From assembly GCA_963849325.1 (NCBI GenBank), contig CAWKHF010000002.1, positions 512,001 to 576,000 of the forward strand: a stretch of DNA of 64,000 bases, in the 5' to 3' direction. Both the position numbers and the translations under genes were made by a program. The notes beneath the pieces were generated by a model. The model was not told where the DNA came from and did not search any database. It saw only the letters and a program-made list of their open reading frames with translations. The stretch comes from an uncultured Planctomycetota bacterium. Its GTDB lineage: Bacteria; Planctomycetota; Planctomycetia; Gemmatales; Gemmataceae. This document shows positions 1 through 10,854 of the stretch, one piece after another; within the stretch, counting starts at the first letter, position 1; every line of letters begins with the position of its first letter.

Positions 1-392
1 GCCCGCGACTCGACCTTCGACCAGTAACGAGGTATTCGCACGAATCGACTGACCCAGTTAGAGCCGAACGATACGGTTCAACAGCTGCCGACTTGGGAGG
101 CCGTTATGCGATGGCGCTGGTGATTGCCTGAAGGGAATTCATGGTATCCCCCATCGTCTCGGACCCACATAACCAGAGTAGCATCCCCTGTTTTCTTCAA
201 CAACTCGCTCCTCGAAGATGGGCAGCGGTGTTGGTTGATCTTCACACCGTTGCTCTCCACCAAGCTCCCATGCCCTTCCTTCTCAAGCATCTCCGTCTTG
301 ACCCGCCGAGACGATCCGGCTAAGGGGCCGCTGGTGGCCCGGCGTGCGCGAAAGCGCAAGCGGCCGCTCGTCTGTTGAACTGAGGATCATTC

Positions 393-3300
393 ATGCGATT
401 TATCCGCACGCTATCAATTCCGTCGATCGCGCTCCTGGCGGCGCTGGTTCCGTCCGTGCGCGGCGCGGAGCTGCGCCACTTCGAGGACGCGGCCCTGCAC
501 GCGATCCAGTTCTGCGACAACCGCGAAGGTTGGGCAGTCGGCGACGAGGGCGTGATCTGGCACAGCATCGACGGCGGCAAGCACTGGGAGCGCCAGCCCA
601 GCGGCGTGCGCGCCTCGCTGCGCTCGCTGTACTTTCTCGATCCCTACACCGGCTGGGTCGTCGGCCGCGAGGAGCTGCCCAACGGCGCCGGCAGCACCGG
701 TGTGGTGCTGTACACCAAGGACGGCGGATTGCACTGGCAGCGCGTCATGCTCAACATGCTGCCCGGACTCAACCGCGTTCGCTTCGTGAACGAGCAGGCC
801 GGCTACCCGGTCGGCTACCTCGTCGGCGACGGCAACGACGCGCATCCGTCCGGCGTGTTCGTGACGGCGGACGGCGGGCGGAGCTGGCAGCCGGTGGCGG
901 GGGGACGCTCGGCCTCGTGGCTGGCGGCGGCGTTCGCCGACAACGGCGAAGGCGCCTGGGCGGCGCCTGGAATCGGCTGGCCACGGTGCGCAAGGACCGC
1001 GTCTTCCAGGTCAACATGGATACCCTCGGCGGCCGTGCCCTGCGTGACCTGCAACTGCGCGGCGACGACGGCCTGGCGGTCGGCCAGGGCGGGTTGATCC
1101 TGCGCAGCGAGCGCACGCGCGGATCGAGTTGGGATTACGTCAAGCTGCCATTGACGAGTGCTGTCCGAGCCGCCTGGGACTTTCATGCTGTCCACGGCGT
1201 CGGATCGCATTACTGGGTGGTCGGCCGACCCGGCTCGGTGGCGCTGCACAGCGGCGATCGCGGCCGGAACTGGGACGTGGTCCGCACCGGCCAACCGCTG
1301 CCTCTCCACGGCCTTTTCTTCACTGACGAGCAGCACGGCTGGGCGGTCGGCGAATTCGGCACCATCACGGCCACGGTCGATGGCGGGAAGACCTGGCAGG
1401 TGCAGCATCGCGGCGGACAGCGAGCGGCGGTACTGCTCGTACACGCCCGCGCCGGCGGCGTCCCGCTGGATGCCGTGGCCCAACTCGGCGGTCAGGAGGG
1501 CTACCTGTGTACCGCCCTCCGCGTCACGGCCTCCGACCTGACGACGGCGGCCCTTTCGCGCTCGGCCGAGGGGACGCGGTTCGCCACCGCCGTGCGGCAG
1601 GCCGGCGGTGCCGCGGCGGAAATGCTGTGGGCGTTCCCCCTGTCGTCGCACCTGCTCCGCGCTCCGCGCCGGACCTGCTCCGCGCCTGGGACACACTGCA
1701 CGGCGATCAGGCCGCCGAACAGCTGCTGCGCCAGCTCGTCCTGACCATCCGCACCTGGCGGCCCGCCGTCGTCCTCACCGATTCGGCCGAGGAGAAGGCC
1801 GATGGCTTCGCCTGCGACGCCCTGCTGGCCGAGGCGGTGCGTGCCGCGTTCGAGCGGGCCGGCGATCCGCATACGTTCCCGGAGCAGGTCACGGCCCTTG
1901 GGCTGGAGCCGTGGCAGGCTGTCAAGGTCTACGCCATTGGCCGAACCGGCGCCGGCCGCGTGTCACTCGACCTGACCGCGATCGCACCGCGCCTGCAATC
2001 GACGCTGCGCGAGTTCGCCGCCGGCCCGGCCGCCCTGCTCGCCGACGGCGCCGTCGCTCTGCCCGATCAGCGCGACTTCGGCCTGCTCGCCGCTCACCTC
2101 AAGGACGCCGCCGGACATCACGATCTGATGCAGGGCGTCGATCTCGCTCCGGGTGGACTGGCCCGCCGCATGCTCGACGAATCGCCCGAGATGCCGGAGG
2201 AGCTGCTCAAGGCCATCCGCCAGCGCACGAACTTGAAGGCGCTGTCCGAGACGCCGCCCAGCGCGCTGACCGATCCGAACCGTCTGCTGGCCCAGGTTGG
2301 TCCCCTGTTGGCCGAGATGCCCGACGACCAGGCGGCGCCGGCCGCGTTCGCCGTCGCCAACCAGTACGCGCGCCTGGGACAGTGGGCCTTGGCCCGCGAG
2401 GCGTTCCTGCTGCTGGTCGATCGCTATCCGACGCATCCGTTGGCGATGGACGGCTATCGCTGGCTGATCCGCCACAACAGCAGTAGCGAGGCCCGGCACC
2501 GCCATGAGGTGGGCCAATTCCTCGTCGTCGAGGAAGTCGCGATACAAAGAGGGCTTGACCCTCGGCAAGCCGGGCGAGCGCGATGCGGACAAACCAGGTG
2601 TTAAGTTACCCGCCTGGAGCAAGGACATGCGCCAACCCCCGGAAATTCCAGAGTTAAAAGTAAAAGATAACTCTCAAAAGTATCTATTCGCCAAGAAGGA
2701 CCAGATTCGCCAGTGGTACCAGAGCAGTCTGGACCTGGAGCCGCGCCTGGCCGCGCTCGGGCCGCTGCTGACGAGCGATCCGTCCATGCAGTTCTGCTTG
2801 CAGTCGGCGCGACGCAACCTCGGCGATTTCCAGACGCCGCACAAGTGGTACACGCAGTTCGTGGCTCGCCAGCCGGACGGACCCTGGCGCGCCGCCGCCG
2901 CCGCCGAGCAATGGCTGAGCCATCGCGCCGGCCCGCCTCCCAAGCCCGTGCTGCCCTGCCGTTACACCGACACGCGGCCCCTGCTCGACGGCAACCTCAA
3001 CGACGCCTGCTGGCAAGTCAAACCGATCGCTCTGCAAAACGCGGCCGGCGACACCGGCAAGGAGTATCCGACAGAGGTCCGCCTGACCTACGACAAGGAC
3101 TTCCTCTATGTCGCCCTCAAGTGCGTCCATCCGGCCGACCGTTACGTCGCGCCGATCAAGCCGCGCACGCGCGACGCCGACCTGCGCGGCCACGACCGCG
3201 TCAGCATCCTGCTCGACCTCGACCGCGATTATTGCACCTGCTTCCATCTGCAGATCGATCAGCGTGGCTGCGTCTGCGAGGACTGCTGGGGCGACAAGAA

Positions 3301-3550
3301 ATGGGATCCGCACTGGTATGTGGCCGTTCACAGCGAATCGACGTGCTGGGTGATCGAGGCGGCGATTCCGCTGCTGGCGCTGACGAGCGACGCCATCACC
3401 TCGGGCAAGGCGTGGGCGTGCAACGTCGTCCGCGTCGTGCCCGGCCGCGGCGTGCAAGCGTGGTCGCTGCCGGCCGAGGTGCCCGAGGAATCGCTGCGAC
3501 CGGAAGGCATGGGACTGCTGCTGTTCTCGCAGGACGAATCGGTGCATTGA
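393..3550 (+). CDS. Large exported YCF48-like (BNR/Asp-box beta-propeller) multidomain protein with C-terminal CBM9/DOMON-like sugar-binding domain; about 3 apparent frameshifts
   Basis: Signal peptide MRFIRTLSIPSIALLAALVPSVRG; repeated 'GWAVGDEG', 'S/TxDGGxxW' motifs. Continues through ORFs 344..1744, 1507..2604 and 2504..3550 (C-terminal 'LDGNLNDACW...TYDKDFLYVAL...WVIEAAIPL'). Confidence 0.8.
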
Positions 3551-3579
3551 GCCGCTTGCGGCCTGGCGAGGACGCCTTT

Positions 3580-3633
3580 TCCGAGCCTGAAGCGTAAGCG
3601 AAGGAAACTCTTCGCTCACGCTTCAGGCTCGGA
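3580..3633. repeat. REP-like palindrome, family A (CCGAGCCxGAAGCG...CGCTTCxGGCTCGG)
   Basis: tccgagcctgaagcgtaagcgaag / cttcgctcacgcttcaggctcgga stem; related copy at 50763-50820. Confidence 0.85.
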
Positions 3634-3706
3634 TGCGTTTTGCCCCCTAGCTCATAGAATAATCGTTTGTCCTTGTGGTCCTGGTCCCCGCGCAGGCGCT
3701 TGCTTC

Positions 3707-4645
3707 ATGGCCGCCGAACCGTACTTGCCTCGATTGACTGCTCGCCTCGCGGACGGCGTGGCTCGTCTGCCGGCCGAGGTCCGTGCTCGTCACGCTGCCT
3801 ACTTGCACGCCGCCCAGAATGAAGACGGCGGTTTCTCCGGCCGCGAGGGCGGCTCGGATTTGTATTACACCGGCTTCGCCCTGCGCGGCCTCGCCGTACT
3901 CGACGCCTTGACGCCGGCGGTCTGCGAGCGAGCGGCGAGCTATCTGCGGGGCTGCCTAACGCAGCAGGCCAGCGTTGTCGATTTCTTCTCCTTGCTCTAC
4001 GCCTGTCTGCTGGTGCAAACGGGCGGCGGTCCCGACGTGCTCGGCGACAGTCCGCCGGACTGGCCCGACCGCGTGGCCCAGACCCTGGAGAGTTTCCGCA
4101 CCTCCGACGGCGGCTATGCCAAGACCAGCGGCGGCATCTCGGGCAGTACCTATCACACGTTCCTCGTCGCCCTCTGCTATCAACTGCTGGGCCGACCGGT
4201 GCCGCGCTGGACCGACGTGGTGGGCTTCGTCGCCTCGCGCCGGCGCGAGGACGGCGGCTACGTCGAGATCGCCCCGATGCGTCGCGGCGGCACGAATCCG
4301 ACGGCCGCCGCCATCGGACTGCTGCAAATGGCGCACGAGGAAATTCCGGGGACACTCGACGAGGTCCGCGATGGTGCGATCGAATTCCTCGCCGGCATGT
4401 CGTCTCCGGAGGGCGGTCTGCGCGCCAACGGCCGAGCGCCGCTGGCGGATCTGCTGTCCACGTTCACGGCGGCGTGGACCCTCGAACAGCTCGGCGGCTT
4501 GTCGCGCCTGGACACGGAGCAAGCGCGGCGCTACGCCACGTCGCTGGAACGACGACAGGGCGGTTTCCACGGCGGACTATGGGATGAGGGATGCGATGTG
4601 GAATACACGTTCTACGGCATCGGCGTCCTGGCGCTCTTCGCGTAA
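3707..4645 (+). CDS. Prenyltransferase/squalene-oxidase repeat protein (geranylgeranyltransferase beta-subunit-like alpha/alpha barrel)
   Basis: Repeats 'QNEDGGFSG...SDLYYTGFAL', 'DGGYAK...STYHTF', 'EDGGY', 'GGFHG...DVEYTFYG'. Confidence 0.85.
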   Translation: MAAEPYLPRLTARLADGVARLPAEVRARHAAYLHAAQNEDGGFSGREGGSDLYYTGFALRGLAVLDALTPAVCERAASYLRGCLTQQASVVDFFSLLYACLLVQTGGGPDVLGDSPPDWPDRVAQTLESFRTSDGGYAKTSGGISGSTYHTFLVALCYQLLGRPVPRWTDVVGFVASRRREDGGYVEIAPMRRGGTNPTAAAIGLLQMAHEEIPGTLDEVRDGAIEFLAGMSSPEGGLRANGRAPLADLLSTFTAAWTLEQLGGLSRLDTEQARRYATSLERRQGGFHGGLWDEGCDVEYTFYGIGVLALFA

Positions 4646-4651
4646 GAGAGG

Positions 4652-4725
4652 TCCGGCCTGCAAGGCAATCCGGCCTGCCCGACTACTCGGCGACGAAGGG
4701 AGCGATTCACGCTTTCACGAAAACG
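4652..4725 (+). pseudogene. Short remnant of a short-chain dehydrogenase/reductase (YxxxK catalytic segment)
   Basis: Translates as SGLQGNP(frameshift)LPDYSATKGAIHAFTKT, a classic SDR active-site stretch, with no start or Rossmann motif around it. Confidence 0.65.
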
Positions 4726-4760
4726 ACGGCGAGCGGAGCTGCCGCCCCCAACAGGCGGAA

Positions 4761-5594
4761 TCAAGCGTTCTGCTTCCGCGTCTTGACGTGGTGGTTCACG
4801 ACATAGTCGAGCAGTTCGTCGGAGGCCAGCTTCGGCAGATCGCCTTTGTGGACCTTGCGCCGTCCCGGCGCCAGGAACAGTTTGACGCGCTCGTTCTTGC
4901 GAAGATGGAACTCGACGCGCGAGCAAATGTCGTGCGCCGTATCGTAATCGAGTTTCACGTCACGCATCAACCGGCGCTCGATGTACTCGTGGGCCACGAT
5001 GAAGGGCAGCTCGCGGTGGTCGAGGCTGTCCTCGATCCAGATCTCGTCGTTGGGCACCCACGGATAGACGAAGCCGTGGCCGCCCTCGGTGTAGTCGGTC
5101 TTGTACAGGCTGCGCACCACGTTGCCGTCCACGATCCAGACCTCGACCGTGGTGCCCTCTTTGTCCGGCAGCGTCGCATAGGGGGAGACGTAGACTTCCT
5201 TGGGCACGCGCTTTTGTGGCCCCGCGCCGCGGAACTGCAGGTGGTTGAGCCGTTCGCGCAGCAGGCGCTCGACCTCGATGCCCCGCGTGTACGCCCGCTC
5301 GTCCGGCGTGCCGCGCGCCTGCTCCTTCAGTTGCGTCAAGGCGTTGGCGATGAAAAACAAACCTTCCTTGTCGATAGTTTGCTCCGCCAGCCACACTTCA
5401 CCCTTGGGGATCAGCGAAGGAAAGTCCTCGGAAGTGGCGAAAGAGCCGAACTCCTCATCGGGCTGCGCTATGTCGCGGACAGCGTAGCCGTTGACCGCGT
5501 AGAAATCGTATCCGTCATGGGTAGCAATGAAGCGCTTGTTGAGCTTCACCCCGCGAGGATTGGGACGTTTCCGGGCGCGGCCATTGTTTGGCAT
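4761..5594 (-). CDS. Hypothetical protein with two tandem homologous domains; the second has an HE...H metal-binding-like motif
   Basis: 277-aa ORF with coding-like composition; 'VNGYAVR...IPKGEVWL' aligns with 'VDGNVVR...VPNDEIWI...AHEYIER...AH'. Confidence 0.75.
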   Translation of the reverse strand: MPNNGRARKRPNPRGVKLNKRFIATHDGYDFYAVNGYAVRDIAQPDEEFGSFATSEDFPSLIPKGEVWLAEQTIDKEGLFFIANALTQLKEQARGTPDERAYTRGIEVERLLRERLNHLQFRGAGPQKRVPKEVYVSPYATLPDKEGTTVEVWIVDGNVVRSLYKTDYTEGGHGFVYPWVPNDEIWIEDSLDHRELPFIVAHEYIERRLMRDVKLDYDTAHDICSRVEFHLRKNERVKLFLAPGRRKVHKGDLPKLASDELLDYVVNHHVKTRKQNA

Positions 5595-5644
5595 AGGGAA
5601 CAGACCTCCGGGAGCTAGCAGGGGGATTCAGGCGGCGCCACCTG

Positions 5645-6820
5645 TCAAGGGCGCAGCAACACCTTCAGGCACTGGTCCTGCTTATCGCGGAACATTGGAT
5701 AGGCGAGCGGCGCCTCGTCCAGAGAGAAGCGGTGCGAGAACACGAAAGCCGGATCGATCTGCCCCTTTTGCCAGTGCTCGAACAGGCGCGGAATGTACTT
5801 TTGGCCGTGCATCTGGCCCATGCGGAAGCGCAGTCCCTTGTTCATGGCCACGCCCAGGGGGAACTTGTCCGCCAGGCCCGAGTACACGCCCATGATCGAC
5901 AGCGTGCCGCCCTTGCGGCAGCAAGCGATCATCTGCCGCACGACGGCCACGCGGTCGTTGACCAGCATCAGGGCTTGCTTGGTGCGGTCGTAGACGTGCT
6001 CGATAAGATTGCTGCCGTGCGCCTCCAGGCCGACCGCGTCGATGCAGGCGTCCGGCCCACGGCCGCCGGTCAGAGAGAGTAACGCCTCGGACACGTCCAC
6101 TTCGTCACTGTTGAGCGGGATGGCCCCGCTCTGCTCGACCGCCAACCGCAGCCGTTCGGGAAGGTTGTCGATGGCGAGGACGTGCGCCGCGCCGAACAGG
6201 GTGGCGCTCTTGATGGCGAACTGGCCGACCGGCCCGCAGCCCCAGACGGCGACGGTGTCGCCGGGCTGGATGTCGCAGATGTCCGCCCCCATGTAGCCGG
6301 TCGGGAAGGCGTCGGAGCAGGCCAACGCCTGTTCGTCGCTCATCGCCTCCGGCACCGGGAAGGCGCCAACGTCGGCGAAGGGCACGCGGAGATATTCGGC
6401 CTGGGCGCCGGCGTAGCCGCCGAACAGGTGCGAATAACCGAAGATCCCCGCCGTGGCCTGAGTGAACAGCTTCTCTTGCATCCAGGCATTGGGGTTACTG
6501 TTGTCGCACAGCGAAAATTCCTGGTTGCGGCAATACCAGCACTGGCCACAGGCGATGATCGACGAGACGACAACGCGGTCGCCCTTCTTGATCTTGTGGA
6601 CTTCTCGGCCGACCTCGACGACCTCACCGACGATCTCGTGGCCGAGGATGTCGCCCTTCTGCATGGTGGCGATGTAGCCGTCGTAGATGTGCAGGTCCGA
6701 GCCGCAGATGGTCGTCACGGCGGTCTTGACGATGGCGTCGCGTGGGGCCAGGATCGCCGGGTCCGGCACCTTCTCCACGTGTACCTTCTTGGAGCCGCAC
6801 CAGCAAACTGCTCGCATCAT
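5645..6820 (-). CDS. Zinc-dependent alcohol dehydrogenase, YbdR / glutathione-independent formaldehyde dehydrogenase-like
   Basis: ICGSDLH, GHE, CGQCWYC...C structural Zn, GCGPVG NAD-binding motif, CIDAVG. Confidence 0.9.
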   Translation of the reverse strand: MMRAVCWCGSKKVHVEKVPDPAILAPRDAIVKTAVTTICGSDLHIYDGYIATMQKGDILGHEIVGEVVEVGREVHKIKKGDRVVVSSIIACGQCWYCRNQEFSLCDNSNPNAWMQEKLFTQATAGIFGYSHLFGGYAGAQAEYLRVPFADVGAFPVPEAMSDEQALACSDAFPTGYMGADICDIQPGDTVAVWGCGPVGQFAIKSATLFGAAHVLAIDNLPERLRLAVEQSGAIPLNSDEVDVSEALLSLTGGRGPDACIDAVGLEAHGSNLIEHVYDRTKQALMLVNDRVAVVRQMIACCRKGGTLSIMGVYSGLADKFPLGVAMNKGLRFRMGQMHGQKYIPRLFEHWQKGQIDPAFVFSHRFSLDEAPLAYPMFRDKQDQCLKVLLRP

Positions 6821-7027
6821 ACGTCCTCCTTCCGTCCATCGGTCTCTCTCCGGATAACGGCGGACGAGTCCAATCCGGAAATCTCCTCCGACTGCCTGTC
6901 GGCATCGAGTAGGGAATTGAATGCAAAAGAGATGCCATTAGAGCTTAGGACCAGGGGAAAGACCCGAGCCACTCATCAAGTCAGCGCGGAAAGGACTACA
7001 CCTTGCGGACGCTGCGAACGGGTCGGA

Positions 7028-7624
7028 TCAAGGTTTCCCACCCTGTTCTTGCAGGATCTCCTGGTTCTCGATGCGCACGGGGACGAAGGGAGGGATAGAC
7101 TTGGGGCTATAGGGGAGGACACGCCGACGGCCGCTAGCGACCTCCTCGCACCAACGAGCGAAAAAGTCGCCCCAGACGGGTGCCTGACCGCGTCGGTGAA
7201 ATTCGCTCAGCGCCTCCAGGTCGGCTCGCATGAAGTTCGTGTAAGCGCACTCCACGTCCGCATGTCCCAACACGCTGAGCAGCCAGACGGCAAACTCCGA
7301 CAACTCGGTCTCGAAAGCCCGGTAGTTTTCGATCGCTCGCTCCAGCCTGGCCGGATCGGTCTCCCGACTCTCCTTGGCGGCGCACAGTTCCTCGAACATC
7401 TCCTGCACGGCCGGCCGACTCTGGCTCCAGCGGACGAGGCTGCCGAGAGCGTGGACCAGGTAGTAGGTGCGCTCCTCCGCCCCGTAGTCGCTGTTCATTG
7501 TCACCGACAGGCCGTCAAACGCGCCCACCTTCTCTGGCTTCAGCTTCTCATGGCGTACTCGGATACCGTGCCCTTCGGCCCACGCCTGCACGTCCTGGTA
7601 GACCTGCTCGAAAGCCGTTGTCAT
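7028..7624 (-). CDS. Hypothetical protein with ImmA/IrrE-like architecture but degenerate HExxH (HALGS)
   Basis: ORF 7028..7663, likely start MTTAFEQ at 7624; 'EERTYYLVHALGS' followed later by 'FETELSEFA'. Confidence 0.6.
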   Translation of the reverse strand: MTTAFEQVYQDVQAWAEGHGIRVRHEKLKPEKVGAFDGLSVTMNSDYGAEERTYYLVHALGSLVRWSQSRPAVQEMFEELCAAKESRETDPARLERAIENYRAFETELSEFAVWLLSVLGHADVECAYTNFMRADLEALSEFHRRGQAPVWGDFFARWCEEVASGRRRVLPYSPKSIPPFVPVRIENQEILQEQGGKP

Positions 7625-7731
7625 GCCGTCTTCACCCTCGTGGGACAGATGACCTCCATTCAACCGGCGAGACGCAAAGCGTGTGCCGAAGATGAAGACA
7701 ACCGCCGAGGGGCAAGGTCGAGGAGGAGAGG

Positions 7732-10700
7732 CTATTTCGCCGAAGCGTCCTCCTTGTCCTGCTCTTCCTCGTCGTCCTCGGCGACGAAGGGATTGGACGC
7801 CCCGAAGTCGCCTTCGACGCGGAGTGACTGTTTATATTCGCTGCCGTCCACCGACAGCACGACGAGGTAGGTGCCGGCCGCGACGGGACGGCCCGGTTGC
7901 TGCGACGGCCGATTGCGGCCGGGACGTGAAGGCCCTCCCGGCCGGCGCTCCGGTGCGTGGGTCAGGTTCCAGATGACCTTGTGCAACCCCGGTTGCGCCT
8001 CGGCCTTCAATTCGCGCACCAGCTTGCCGTCCACGTCCTGCACTTTCAGGCTCACCTTCGACGTTTTTTTATTCAGTGAGTAATAGAGCGGAGCACCGGC
8101 GGGCGGGTTTTCGCCGACGAAACGGCGATTGGTGCGGCCGCGGTTAGGTTGCAGCGGCCAGCGGAAGGCCGTCGTCGGCTTGTACAACCGCGCGTCCGCC
8201 CGCAAGGCCGCCGGCGTCAACTGACGCAGGGCCGTCACATCGAGAATCCACAGACTGCGGCCGTGCGTGGCGGCGACGACCTCGGCGGCCGTCGGATGTA
8301 CGGCGAATTCGTGGACGGCGACCGTTGGCAGGTTGGTGTTCAGCCGCTCCCAGGTGGCTCCGCGATCGAGCGAGCACCAGGCGCCGAACTCCGTGCCGAG
8401 GTAGAGAAGGTTCGGGTTTTCGACATCCTCGCGCAGCACGCGCGTCGATCCCCACGACGGGAGGTTGCCGCGCAGCGATTTCCACGTCTTGCCGAAGTCT
8501 TCCGTCACGAACACATACGGACTGTCGTCGTCAGAGCGGTGGCCGTCGAAGACGACGTAGGCCCGGCTCTCGACGAAGCGCGATGCCTCGATGGAGGCGA
8601 CCCAGCGCAGTCCCGGCAGGCCGACGTTCTTGGTGACGTTGGTCCACTCCCGTCCGCCGTCGCGCGTCAGCCACAGGAAACCGTCGTCGGTGCCGGCGTA
8701 GAGCACGTCGGGGTTGCGCGGCGACTCGGCCAGCGCCGTGGCCGTGCCACGCTCCGTCGCCGCGATCTCCGGCGAAATGACGCGCAGGTCATTGCCGCGA
8801 TCGAGCGAGCGGAAGACGACGTTACCGGCGCAGTAGTAGATGCGTGGATTGCGGTGCGACAGCAAAAAGGGCGTGTTCCAGTTGAAGCGATAACGCCGCC
8901 CCTCCGGCGGGCGAATGGGAGTCGATTCGCCGCTGCGCAGATGCAGGCGGCGCAGGGCGCCGTACTGGGCGGTCGAGTATACCAGGTCCGGGTCGGTCGG
9001 ATCGACGCGGCAGGTGAAGCCGTCGCCGCCGCCGACGCGGAGCCAGTCCTCGTTGACCGGGCCGGTCAGGCTGTGCGTCCGGCTCGGCCCGCCCCAGCTG
9101 CCGTTGTCCTGCAAGCCGCCGTACACCCGGTAATCGCGGCGGTGGTCCACGGCAACGTGATAGAACTGGCCGACGGCCGCGTGGTTGAGCTGGTCCCAAG
9201 CGGCCAGGCGGTCGTAGCTGACGTAAGGACCGCCGTCGGTGCCGACCAGGACGTGTCGCCCGTCGCGCCGGTCGATCCAGAGGGCGTGCTGGTCACCGTG
9301 GATGCCGCGGCCGCCGTCGGGAGAGAACGTCTTGCCGCCGTCGCGCGAGCGGTGCAGGGCGATGCCCAGGACGTAGACGTAACGATCGTCGCTGGGATCG
9401 ACGCGGACCTGGCTGAAGTACATCGGCCGCGGGTTGACACTGTTGACGCGCGTCCACGATTCGCCGCCGTCCGTGGACTTGTACAACCCGCCGTACTGGA
9501 AGCCGTCGGGACCCTGGCGGTCCTGGACGTTCGCCGCCTGGCCGCCGAGACGATCGAGGAATGGCGGGCCGCTTCCGCCGCCTGGGCCACCGCCGCGCGT
9601 GCCGAACGTCAGTTCCAGTTCCTTGACCTCCCGGCCGCGGCGCAGACGCACCTTGACCTTATCTCCGCCCTTGTGGCGACGGATTTCTTCGAGCAAAGCG
9701 GCATACGACGCGATCGACTTGTCGCCGACGGCGATAATCACGTCATCGACGCGCAGGCCGGCGCGGTCGGCGGGGCCGTTCCGGTTGACCTGCGTGATAC
9801 GGGCGCCCTTCTCGCCGTCTTCGCCCTGGATGCCCAGGAAAGCGAGTCCGACGACCTGCCGCGGGCCGCTGCCGATCTTTTCCGACTCGACGAGGGCATA
9901 AACCGTTTGCGGATCCTTGCGATACCAGTCTAGTCCGATGCGGCCGAGCTTGCAGGCCGGCAAGCCCTTGCTGATCTTTTGGAACGTCTTACCGCCGTCG
10001 CGCGTTCGATATAGACCGCTGCCGGCGCCGAACTTCTTGGCCGGATCGTTGTAGTCGTAGCCATCGCGCTGGCGCTCGTAGGTGGCGACCAGCAACGTCT
10101 CCGGGTCGGCAGGGTGCATGCGCATGTCGATGACGCCGGTTTTGTCATCGACGTACAGCACCCTGTTCCAGGTCTTGCCGCCGTCGCTCGTCTTGAACAG
10201 GCCGCGCTCCTCGTTGGGTCCATACAGTCGGCCCAACGCTCCGACGTAAACGACATCGGGGTTTTTCGGATGTACGAGGATGCGGCCGATCTGGAAGGAC
10301 TTTTTCAGTCCCCTGTTCTTCCAGGTCTTGCCGCCATCGGTCGATTGGTAAACACCATCGCCATAGGAGACGGAGTTGCGCGGGTTGTTCTCGCCGGTGC
10401 CGACCCAAACGATGTCTTTATTCGAGGGAGCCACGCAGAACGTCGCCAATGGAGACCGTCGCCTCGCGGTCGAACTGATGCTCGAAGGTGACGCCGTTGT
10501 TCGTGGTTTTGAGCAAGCCACCCGAGGCCGTGGCCAGCCAGTACGTCGTCGGGTCCGCCTCGTAGACCGACAGCGCCACGATACGGCCGCCCATGTTCGC
10601 CGGCCCAATGCAGCGCCACGTCAGTGGTTTGAGCCATTCCGCCGACAGCGTTCCGTCCCTGGGTTTGGACTCGTCGGCGCGGGAGGACAGCAGCGAGATA

Positions 10701-10759
10701 CCGCCCCCAAGAACGGCTAGAAAGAACCAGAACGGTGTTCGGCAGCGTGGAGGATTCAT
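7732..10759 (-). CDS. Exported VPS10/sortilin-like (Asp-box) beta-propeller protein with inserted PDZ domain and C-terminal FlgD-like Ig domain; 1 frameshift near 10440
   Basis: Signal peptide, 'WRCIGPANMGGRI', many 'S/TxDGGKTW' boxes, PDZ 'FLGIQG...GPADRAGLRVDDVI', C-terminal 'GLHKVIWN...GTYLVVLSVDG'. Confidence 0.85.
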
Positions 10760-10789
10760 CGTTCGACTCGTGCGGAGGAAGTAGCATTT

Positions 10790-10838
10790 GCCGCTTGCGG
10801 CTTAGCGAGACAGCGGCGAACGCGAAGCCGCAAGCGGC
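10790..10838. repeat. REP-like palindrome, family B (GCCGCTTGCGGCTT...AAGCCGCAAGCGGC)
   Basis: 14-bp inverted arms; partial or related copies near 3551, 12138, 22190 and 36676-36717. Confidence 0.75.
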
Positions 10839-10854
10839 TTGGAAACAGGTTCTC

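Noticed and set aside
1-390. Short ORFs 78..359 (-) and 124..378 (+) in a lower-GC stretch
   Set aside because: No recognisable motifs or coding-like composition; left unannotated.
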